11,116 nt of DNA from Candidatus Firestoneibacteriota bacterium. GTDB taxonomy: Bacteria; Oederibacteriota; D2-FULL-39-29; JBDRBU01. Positions within the stretch are counted from its first letter, which is position 1, and the number at the start of each line of letters is the position of its first letter. A program made the translations under genes and the position numbers. The notes under the pieces were generated by a model. That model made no database searches, was not told the DNA's origin, and worked only from the letters and a program-made list of their open reading frames with translations. The DNA is taken from the NCBI GenBank assembly GCA_043822305.1, contig JBDRBU010000062.1, forward strand, positions 1-11,116, in the 5' to 3' direction. Shown here piece by piece: positions 1 to 6,821 of this stretch.

Positions 1-587
1 ACAAAGTATATTTAGATGCATATTACATAGATAAATACGAGGTAACTTTTGAGCAGTATGATAAATTCTGTGAAGCAACAAAGAGAGAGAAACCTTCTGA
101 TGAGGGTTGGGGTAGAGGTAATATGCCAGTAATAAATGTAAGTTGGAATGATGCATCAGCGTATGCAAACTGGGCAGGGAAACGGCTTCCAACAGAAGCA
201 GAATGGGAAAAGGCATGCAGAGCAGGAAGTAGCAGTAAATATTGCTTTGAAGATAATAAAAGTGAACTTGGTGATTATGCATGGTATTATAGTAATTCAG
301 GTTCAAAGACACATCCAGCAGGAGAAAAGAAGCCAAACAAATGGGGAATATATGATATGCATGGTAATGTCTGGGAGTGGTGCAGTGACTGGTATGATGG
401 TGGCTATTATGCAAATAGTCATAAGGATAATCCTAAAGGACTTGATACAGGTACTTCTAAAGTTCTTCGTGGCGGCTCGTGGCACAACATTGCTAACAAT
501 TGCAGGTCCGCCCTTCGCAACTACAACTCGCCGGACCTTCGCTACGTCGATGTTGGGTTTCGTTGCGTGTTGGGTGGTGCAAAGTAG
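1..587 (+). CDS. FGE-sulfatase (SUMF1-like, CLec-fold) domain protein, 5'-truncated by the window; probable DGR target 1
   Basis: The frame is open from position 3 (KVYLDAYYIDKYEVTFEQY...), so the ATG at 123 is internal. Family motifs present: PVINVSWNDA, KRLPTEAEWEKACRAG, PNKWGIYDMHGNVWEWCSDWY, RGGSW, GFRC. It lacks the catalytic Cys pair of true FGE enzymes after RGGS. Confidence 0.93.
   Translation, partial: KVYLDAYYIDKYEVTFEQYDKFCEATKREKPSDEGWGRGNMPVINVSWNDASAYANWAGKRLPTEAEWEKACRAGSSSKYCFEDNKSELGDYAWYYSNSGSKTHPAGEKKPNKWGIYDMHGNVWEWCSDWYDGGYYANSHKDNPKGLDTGTSKVLRGGSWHNIANNCRSALRNYNSPDLRYVDVGFRCVLGGAK
459..587 (+). repeat. DGR variable region VR1 (paralogue of 4640-4768)
   Basis: Ungapped 129-nt match to 4640-4768 with 18 mismatches, 17 at codon positions 1/2, mostly in NNC/NNT codons. 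About 55% GC (70/126 over 462-587) inside an AT-rich gene. Confidence 0.85.
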
Positions 588-623
588 TTGAATATCTGAA
601 AATCTGGCAATCTGAATATCTGG
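588..623 (+). repeat. Conserved post-VR element with 4 tandem 8-mers (nnnATCTG); candidate DGR cis-acting/IMH region
   Basis: AATATCTG AAAATCTG GCAATCTG AATATCTG at 591-622; 35/36 identical to 4769-4804. Confidence 0.7.
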
Positions 624-710
624 GAAAAAGAAGTGAAAAAAATAAAGAAAGAAAATAAAGTAAGAAACACATAAAAAAGAAAGAAAAATAGAAATTTCGT
701 CAGCGTAACT

Positions 711-1116
711 TTGGTGGATATGGAATATAAAAAGTGTGAATTAATAATATTTACTAAAACGTATGATTTTATTTTATGGGCAATGGCTCATACGACAAAA
801 TTTCCAAAATCGTCAAGGTTTTCAATTTCAGCAAGAATAGAGAATAAATTATTGGATTTTATAGAAATGATACTTATAGCAAATAGGCAGAGAAATAAAC
901 TTGAAAAATTGTGTTATGCGGATGGAATTCTTGAACAAATTCGTATTTTGTTTAGATTGAGCAAAGATATGAAATTTATTAGTTTGAATTCATACGAATA
1001 TGCAGGTAAACCCTGTTAGAGACCTTCGGTCTCTTCTATTTTCTTTACCACCAACTCCGTTGGTGGCTTTCTCTAACAGGGTAAAGCAATTAATAGAGAT
1101 TGGTAAACTTTTATGA
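711..1116 (+). pseudogene. avd: DGR accessory variability determinant (bAvd-like four-helix bundle), interrupted by an insertion and C-terminally truncated
   Basis: ELIIFTKTYDFILW...TTKFPKSSRFSISARIENKLLDFIEMILIAN...LEQIRILFRLSKDMKFISLNSYEYAG resembles Avd-family proteins. The stop at 1017-1019 lies inside the insert. Removing 76 nt (1008-1083) restores ...YEYAGKQLIEIGKLL*, and the usual GGW tail is absent. Start is TTG 711 or ATG 720. Confidence 0.82.
1010..1082. mobile_element. 73-bp MITE-like palindromic element inserted in avd
   Basis: Perfect 13-bp terminal inverted repeats ACCCTGTTAGAGA (1010-1022) / TCTCTAACAGGGT (1070-1082). Internal hairpins AGAGACC-TTC-GGTCTCT (1018-1034) and CCACCAAC-TCC-GTTGGTGG (1048-1066). 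TAAA occurs at 1007-1010 and 1082-1085. The avd frame resumes right after it. Confidence 0.8.
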
Positions 1117-3353
1117 GAAACAAAAAAAATAAGATTTTATTTCTATGTTTGCTGTTGGTTAGTTTTAATTGCTGTTTTACTTCTTTTTCTTCTGCTGTTA
1201 CCATAAAAAATGTAAGTTCTCCCGGCAAAATTGATGCCGGTATATCACAAAAATACAGGGCGAAAAAGAAAGTAATAACTGCTATCAGCTATGTTATTGT
1301 CTCTGTAATTGGGTTCTATGTTCTATTTATAATATATAAGAATAAGAAAAAAAGAGCGCACCTTTTAGCCACTCTACCAGACGAAATAAGAAAAAAAATA
1401 AATTCTTCTCTTTACCAAGAAGCATACAACTTATTTGTCAAATACAGAAAACTTGATGGCAATTTAATAAAATTTTCACCGCAAGAACTTTTCAACATTT
1501 ATTACAGAAATGGTCGTATAGAAACGCTGCTTAAAATAAACCTTGGTAATAAATATTTCTGCGGATTTTGTAAACAACTGGTCAAAGAAAAGGATTGGAT
1601 AGTTGCGTATCAATTTTATAAACAATTCAAGGAGTTCGATGGTGAACCAGAAAAAGAGTTTACAATTGATGAAATACTGGATATTTATTTAAATACGGAC
1701 CAGGTGCATAAATTAAAAGAAGAAAAATTTTCTGTCGGAACTAAACTGATATTAGTAAGTAAACTTACTCTTCTTGAAAAGTCAACAGAGGCATTCTTTT
1801 TGATTAAAGATAAAGAAAGTATAATAAAAAGTCCCATTTCATCAGAGGAATTTGAACTGTTCTATGTGATATATCTGAAGTGTGATAAACTTAATGAGTT
1901 AATTGATATTGTAACCCGGAGAGATGTTAAATTACATAATCCAGATATTTATAGTTTAATGGCAAACAGGTTAATACAAAAAAAAGATTATAAGTCTGCC
2001 TTATCTATCTTAAATATAAAACAAAAACGCTACCCTGAAGAAATAAACGATGATGATTATAAACATTTGATTTATGTATCAGAAAAATCAAACCGTCTTG
2101 GAGAAATTCTACCCGATATGTTGCCGGATAAATACTGGGATAAATTTTTAATGTTACTGAAGAACAAGGGTATGGATGAAGAAATTAAAGAATTTGTTTC
2201 AAAAATACTAACCACAGACCAAAAAGAATTAATACAGTGGCTTAAAATTTGTCTAAAATATGAAATTTATGACCATGTAATGACACATATTAAAAATGAA
2301 AATTTTAAGGAATTTAATAATACTGACAATGGCAAACAATTGTTAGAGATATATTATCAGGAGGGAGCCAACTTAGAACAAATAGGCAAAATAGATATTG
2401 CTCGAGAGATATATGAGAAATTTATCAACGAACTTGGTTCTTACAAAGATGTTAATTCAAGGTATCTCCGGATAACTTCAGTTAGACCACAGAATGTTAA
2501 TGTTTCACCAGAATCTATGCGTGGAGGGACGGTTGTCGGTGGAACGCAGATGGGTGAAACATATTATATCGGCAAGAAATATGAGTTTGTCCGTGAAATA
2601 GGCAGGGGCGGCATGGGTATTGTCTATGAAGCAGTGAATAAGGAAATACATAAAACAGTAGCAATAAAGAAGATGAAAGAAGAATTAGCAATAAATGTTC
2701 GTGAAAAAAAGAGATTTATGGAAGAGGCACGGCGTGTAGCGGAGTTACATCATCCGAATATAGTTGATATATATGACATGTTTGAGGAAGCAGGTAATAT
2801 GTATCTGGTATTTGAGTATATTAATGGCGACACAGTAGATATGCTATTGAGCAAAAAAACTAGATTAAGTTTTGATGAAACAATGAAGATAGTAATGTCT
2901 GTTTGTGAGGCATTAAAATATGCACACAATAAGCAGGTGGTGCACCGGGATTTAAAGCCATCAAACATAATGGTATCAGTTGATGGTTGGGTAAAGGTAA
3001 TGGATTTTGGAATAGCTCGAGAACTAAAAGATACTCTTTCACGACTGACAGGTAAAGACACTTCTGGCACACTTGCATATATGTCGACTGAACAGCATCT
3101 CGGGGAATATGATAAAAGGTCAGATATTTATTCAGTTGGGGTAACCTTATATGAAATGCTGTCAGGAGAATTACCATTTAAAGGTCCTGATTTTCTTGCA
3201 CAAAAAGAGCGTATGGTGTTTCACCTGCTACCCGAACTTGTTCCAGAACTACCAAAACAAATTGATGGAATAATAAACAAATGTCTTCAAGCAGATAAAG
3301 AGAAAAGGTATAAAATAGTAGAAGAATTAATTGGTCAAATTAGCAAACTATGA
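1113..3353 (+). CDS. Membrane-anchored Hanks-type Ser/Thr protein kinase (signal peptide, TM helix, helical-repeat region, C-terminal kinase domain), 746 aa
   Basis: Kinase motifs GRGGMG, VAIKK, FMEEAR, HRDLKPSN, DFG, GTLAYMSTE, SDIYSVG and subdomain XI Arg (EKRY), from about nt 2580. Hydrophobic N-terminus, and TM segment VITAISYVIVSVIGFYVLFIIY followed by KNKKKR. Confidence 0.95.
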   Translation: MRNKKNKILFLCLLLVSFNCCFTSFSSAVTIKNVSSPGKIDAGISQKYRAKKKVITAISYVIVSVIGFYVLFIIYKNKKKRAHLLATLPDEIRKKINSSLYQEAYNLFVKYRKLDGNLIKFSPQELFNIYYRNGRIETLLKINLGNKYFCGFCKQLVKEKDWIVAYQFYKQFKEFDGEPEKEFTIDEILDIYLNTDQVHKLKEEKFSVGTKLILVSKLTLLEKSTEAFFLIKDKESIIKSPISSEEFELFYVIYLKCDKLNELIDIVTRRDVKLHNPDIYSLMANRLIQKKDYKSALSILNIKQKRYPEEINDDDYKHLIYVSEKSNRLGEILPDMLPDKYWDKFLMLLKNKGMDEEIKEFVSKILTTDQKELIQWLKICLKYEIYDHVMTHIKNENFKEFNNTDNGKQLLEIYYQEGANLEQIGKIDIAREIYEKFINELGSYKDVNSRYLRITSVRPQNVNVSPESMRGGTVVGGTQMGETYYIGKKYEFVREIGRGGMGIVYEAVNKEIHKTVAIKKMKEELAINVREKKRFMEEARRVAELHHPNIVDIYDMFEEAGNMYLVFEYINGDTVDMLLSKKTRLSFDETMKIVMSVCEALKYAHNKQVVHRDLKPSNIMVSVDGWVKVMDFGIARELKDTLSRLTGKDTSGTLAYMSTEQHLGEYDKRSDIYSVGVTLYEMLSGELPFKGPDFLAQKERMVFHLLPELVPELPKQIDGIINKCLQADKEKRYKIVEELIGQISKL

Positions 3354-3424
3354 CGGTGAAATTTTATAGGTCATCAATCATCTTATTTTTAATGTTTTCT
3401 ATGGTAAATAAAAAAGTGTAGGAT

Positions 3425-4768
3425 ATGAAAAATAAAATGTTTTTATTGGTATATTTAATCTGTCAACTCATAACAACTGTATATGCCCAGTCAAGAATAG
3501 AGAATGTTCATTTTGAACAGGACAACAAAGGACTTGTGCATATTTATTATGAACTTATAAACCCTTATGATGATAGATTCGAGATTACACTGAAACTCTC
3601 AGAAGAAGGTGGTAATACATTTATACTTATACCGCGAGCACTGCAAGGTGATGTTGGCGATGATGTCACGGGTAGTGGCAAAAAACACATTATCTGGGAT
3701 GTAGAGAAAGATTATCCAAAACTTAAGGGCGAAAATTTTGTTTTTTTGATAGAAGCCGAAGACAAAATGTATGAGTTCTATTACAAAAAGGGCTTGAAAT
3801 CAGCAGAGAAAGGCATGTGGGACGAAGCGATAAACTCATATCAAATAGCGTTGAAGTATAAGCCGAATGATAAGGATGCAGAAGATGGGATGAAGTCTGT
3901 TCAGATGAAAAAGCAGCAAAAGATAAGCAGTTATATTTCAAATGGAAAGAAATATACGAATGAAGGAAAATATTCAGAAGCAGTATTGGAATTTGAAAAA
4001 GCAAAGGAAATGGGAGCAGCAGGAGAAGTAGAAAAATTATTAGCGGGAGCGAAAAAGATGAATACTCCACATGAAGGCACCGGTAAGTATGCGGATATGA
4101 TATACATTTCAGCAGGAGAGTTTGAGATGGGAAGTAATGATTATGATAATGAAAAGCCTGTTCACAAGGTATATTTAGATGCATATTACATAGATAAATA
4201 CGAAGTAACCTTTGAGCAGTATGATAAATTCCGTGAAGCAACAAACAGAGAAAAACCTTCTGACAGTGGTTGGGGTAGAGGTAAAATGCCTGTAATAAAT
4301 GTTAGTTGGAATGATGCCGTAGCGTATGCAGAATGGGCAGGGAAAAGGCTTCCGACAGAAGCAGAATGGGAAAAAGCATGCAGGGCAGGAAGTAGTGGTA
4401 AATATTGCTTTGGAGATAGTGAATCAGAATTAGGTGATTATGCATGGTCATGGTATGGTAGTAATTCCGGTAGTAAGACACATGCAGTAGGGCAAAAGAA
4501 GCCGAACAAATGGGGGCTATATGATATGCATGGAAATGTATGGGAATGGTGCAGTGATTGGTATGATGATAAATATTATGAGGTAGTCGCCGGACTTGGG
4601 CAGGCGAATAATCCTAAAGGACCTAATACAGGCACTTATAAAGTTCTTCGTGGCGGCTCGTGGTACAACTATGCTCTCAATTGCAGGTCTGCCCTTCGCA
4701 TCAACTTCACGCCGGGCAGTCGCGACGACAATGTTGGGTTTCGTTGCGTGTTGAGTGGTGCAAAGTAG
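3425..4768 (+). CDS. Exported protein: signal peptide, beta-rich domain, TPR-like repeats, C-terminal FGE-sulfatase/CLec domain; probable DGR target 2, 447 aa
   Basis: Signal peptide MKNKMFLLVYLICQLITTVYA-Q. TPR-like segments YYKKG...WDEAINSYQIALKYKPND and YISNG...YSEAVLEFEKA. FGE motifs GEFEMGS, EKPVHKV, RLPTEAEWE, DMHGNVWEW, RGGSW, GFRC. Confidence 0.93.
   Translation: MKNKMFLLVYLICQLITTVYAQSRIENVHFEQDNKGLVHIYYELINPYDDRFEITLKLSEEGGNTFILIPRALQGDVGDDVTGSGKKHIIWDVEKDYPKLKGENFVFLIEAEDKMYEFYYKKGLKSAEKGMWDEAINSYQIALKYKPNDKDAEDGMKSVQMKKQQKISSYISNGKKYTNEGKYSEAVLEFEKAKEMGAAGEVEKLLAGAKKMNTPHEGTGKYADMIYISAGEFEMGSNDYDNEKPVHKVYLDAYYIDKYEVTFEQYDKFREATNREKPSDSGWGRGKMPVINVSWNDAVAYAEWAGKRLPTEAEWEKACRAGSSGKYCFGDSESELGDYAWSWYGSNSGSKTHAVGQKKPNKWGLYDMHGNVWEWCSDWYDDKYYEVVAGLGQANNPKGPNTGTYKVLRGGSWYNYALNCRSALRINFTPGSRDDNVGFRCVLSGAK
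4640..4768 (+). repeat. DGR variable region VR2 (paralogue of 459-587)
   Basis: Same scaffold as VR1. 13 amino-acid changes against one synonymous change across 43 codons. Confidence 0.85.
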
Positions 4769-4804
4769 TTGAATATCTGATAATCTGGCAATCTGAATAT
4801 CTGG
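4769..4804 (+). repeat. Second copy of the post-VR ATCTG tandem element
   Basis: TTG AATATCTG ATAATCTG GCAATCTG AATATCTG G; one mismatch to 588-623. Confidence 0.7.
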
Positions 4805-4891
4805 AAAAGTTGAAGGAAGTGAAAGAAGTGAATGAAGTGGAAAAAGTGAAGAAAAAAAGTAAAGAAAGAAAAGAAAAAAAAGAAGGTAAAG
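4805..4891 (+). repeat. Purine-rich low-complexity spacer with GAAGTGAA-like repeats
   Basis: GAAGTGAAA GAAGTGAAT GAAGTGGAA AAAGTGAAG followed by A/G runs. A similar A-rich tract follows the first target (624-692). Confidence 0.55.
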
Positions 4892-6151
4892 ATGAAAGGA
4901 AATAAAACAATCAATCTAATGTTTTTTTGTTTTCTTTTAGTATTTGCTTCATCTTTCAGTAATTTAAATTTTTGTTTTGCGCAGAATATTAAAGAAAGCA
5001 ATACAGGAGGTAATCTCCAAACCCAAAAATTTTGTGTTTTCTGTGGCAAATCAATTGAAAAGGACGCAAAAATTTGCATTCATTGTGGTGAAAAACAACC
5101 TGAAGAAGTAAGCGAGAAAAAATCATTATTATTGGAACAACCATTATTAACTAAAGAACAAGAACTGAAAAAACCTGTATCATTACCACCGGGAAAGTCT
5201 TTCCGTGAAAATGTTTCTTCGTATTATTTAATAGGGGGAATTTTAAGTTTGGTTTTAATCTTATCCGTAGTGTTTCTATTTGTTAGAAAACAAAAAAGAG
5301 TTGATACTGGCACTATAATAAGATCTCCCGAAGAAGATGGAGTAAAAAAATACGAGTTTAAAAGAGAAATTCTTCCCAGGGGCAATATGGGTGTTGTTTA
5401 TGAAGCAGTTAACAAAAAACTCAAGAAAAAAGTTGCAATTAAAAAGATGAGAGAAGAACTTAAAATTAATCTAAGGGAAAAAGAAAAGTTCCTCCAGGAA
5501 GCAAGGACAGTAGCACAATTGCATCATCCTAATATTTAATATTGTTGATATTTATGATATTCTCGAAGAAAAAGATGAAATTTATCTTGTTTTTGAATAT
5601 GTGGAGGGTAAAACAATTGATAAACTCTTGGATGAACAAAGAAAAGTAGATGTAAACAAAACAATAAAGATAATGGAGCAGATTTGTGAAGCAATGAATT
5701 ATGCTCATAACGAACATGTAGTTCATCGAGATTTAAAACCAGCAAATATCAGATTTACTCCGGATGCCAGGATTAAAATAATGGATTTTGGAATTGCACG
5801 GGTAGCGATAGATACATTAACAGCTTTAACAGGTAAAGGAGATGCTTCTGGAACATTAAGATATATGTCTACTGAACAACATTCAGGCAGTAGTGATTTT
5901 CGTTCGGATATTTACAGTTTAGGGGTGATTTTTTATGAGCTTCTCTCCGGTAAAGTACCTTTTAAAGGACCTGATTTTATTACCCAGAAGAGAGAGATGG
6001 TTTATACTCCAATAAGGGAAATTTGTCCCCAATTACAAGAGGAAGTTGAGGTAATAATCAGAAAATGTCTTCAGCCGGATAAAGATATCAAACAGTTTTA
6101 GAACTTAAAGAAGATATATTAAAATTATTTGACAAGAGGGAAGAACTGTGA
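4892..6151 (+). pseudogene. Second membrane Ser/Thr kinase (signal peptide, zinc ribbon, TM, kinase), inactivated by two frameshifts
   Basis: ORFs 4892-5539 and 5601-6101 are one gene. Removing one copy of the tandem TAATATT (5530-5543) gives HHPNIVDIYDILEEKDEIYLVFEYVEG. A second shift near 6083 hides RYQTVLELKEDILKLFDKREEL* (stop 6149-6151). HRDLKPAN, DFG and GTLRYMSTE are present. Confidence 0.88.
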
Positions 6152-6157
6152 TATACT
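6129..6157 (+). promoter_or_regulatory. Sigma70-type promoter of the abiE operon
   Basis: TTGACA (6129-6134), 17-bp spacer, TATACT (6152-6157), with extended -10 TG at 6149-6150; 37 nt upstream of ATG 6195. Confidence 0.82.
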
Positions 6158-6166
6158 CATATCAGT

Positions 6167-6188
6167 AATACCCATTGCCGTGGGTATT
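6167..6188. promoter_or_regulatory. Inverted repeat, candidate AbiEi operator or 5' UTR hairpin
   Basis: AATACCCA-TTGCCG-TGGGTATT, perfect 8-bp arms between the -10 box and the start codon. AbiEi antitoxins are known to autorepress through promoter inverted repeats. Confidence 0.6.
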
Positions 6189-6194
6189 TAGTAT

Positions 6195-6821
6195 ATGGAT
6201 GAAAAAAACCTAATTACATATGCCAGAGTAAATAAAAGGTATGTCTTTTCCGTGAAAGAAGCAAAAATGGTATTTAGTCAATCAAGCGGAAAGACAGTGG
6301 ATAATCTATTGCAAAAGTATGAAAAAAAAGGAATCATTGAACGTCTCAAAAAAGGTCTATATAGTGTTAAATTTCCAGAAGGCGGTCCGACGATCCCGGA
6401 CTTATTTTTAGCAAACAGAATGTATGAACCTTCTTATGTTTCCCTTGAGACAGCGCTCTCATTTTACAATATCATTCCTGAGGAAACGGCTGAAGTCACA
6501 TCGGTAACGACAGGGCAGACAAAGGTATTTAAAAACAAACAGGGAGTGTTTTGGTATTTTTCTGTAAAAAAGGAAGCATTCTTTGGATACATACTTTTGA
6601 ATCTTGAAGGTTTTAAAGTAAATATTGCAGAGAAGGAGAAAGCACTTGTGGATTATATTTATCTTAAAATGAGGCGAGGAGAGGAAATTGATGTTATGGA
6701 AGACAGGTTTGATACCGATATCTTAAAGCAACTTAATTGGGAAAAAGTAAAACAATATGCCAAACTTTACGGAGTGTTCGTTGTATCTCGCGTTGAAAAG
6801 CTAAAAAAGGAGAATTTATGA
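6195..6821 (+). CDS. abiEi: Type IV toxin-antitoxin antitoxin, AbiEi family (N-terminal wHTH), 208 aa
   Basis: wHTH-like GIIERLKKGLY, then PSYVSLETALSFYNIIPE, VTSVT and AEKEKALVDYIY. ATGA overlap with the downstream nucleotidyltransferase gene. Confidence 0.85.
   Translation: MDEKNLITYARVNKRYVFSVKEAKMVFSQSSGKTVDNLLQKYEKKGIIERLKKGLYSVKFPEGGPTIPDLFLANRMYEPSYVSLETALSFYNIIPEETAEVTSVTTGQTKVFKNKQGVFWYFSVKKEAFFGYILLNLEGFKVNIAEKEKALVDYIYLKMRRGEEIDVMEDRFDTDILKQLNWEKVKQYAKLYGVFVVSRVEKLKKENL

Noticed and set aside
581..590. AAAGTAGTT at the ends of both CLec genes resembling the start of the REP at 9137
   Set aside because: The match is short and no palindrome follows, so it is probably coincidental.
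148..591. Alternative-frame and antisense ORFs (148-591, 303-485, 2750-3070, 2860-3177, 3723-4244, 4660-4905, 4669-5079, 4707-4910, 5529-5745, 7675-8520, 8942-9175, 9433-9630, 10438-10722)
   Set aside because: They are shadows of well-supported + strand genes or translations of low-complexity purine tracts, with no recognisable motifs.
591..622. ATCTG and GAAGTGAA tandem repeats as a CRISPR array
   Set aside because: Units are 8-9 nt with no unique spacers, and there are no cas genes.
1018..1045. Hairpin plus T-rich tract as the native terminator of a complete 102-aa gene
   Set aside because: It lies inside the TIR-bounded insert and Avd-like coding resumes afterwards. Incidental termination is possible, but this is not the gene's natural end.
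4443..4454. In-frame 6-bp duplication CATGGT CATGGT (AWSWY vs AWY) in target 2
   Set aside because: Real, but most simply a slippage event outside the VR with no evidence of function.
3425..4768. Active formylglycine-generating enzyme
   Set aside because: The catalytic Cys pair is missing, that region is the hypervariable segment, and there is no sulfatase in the window.
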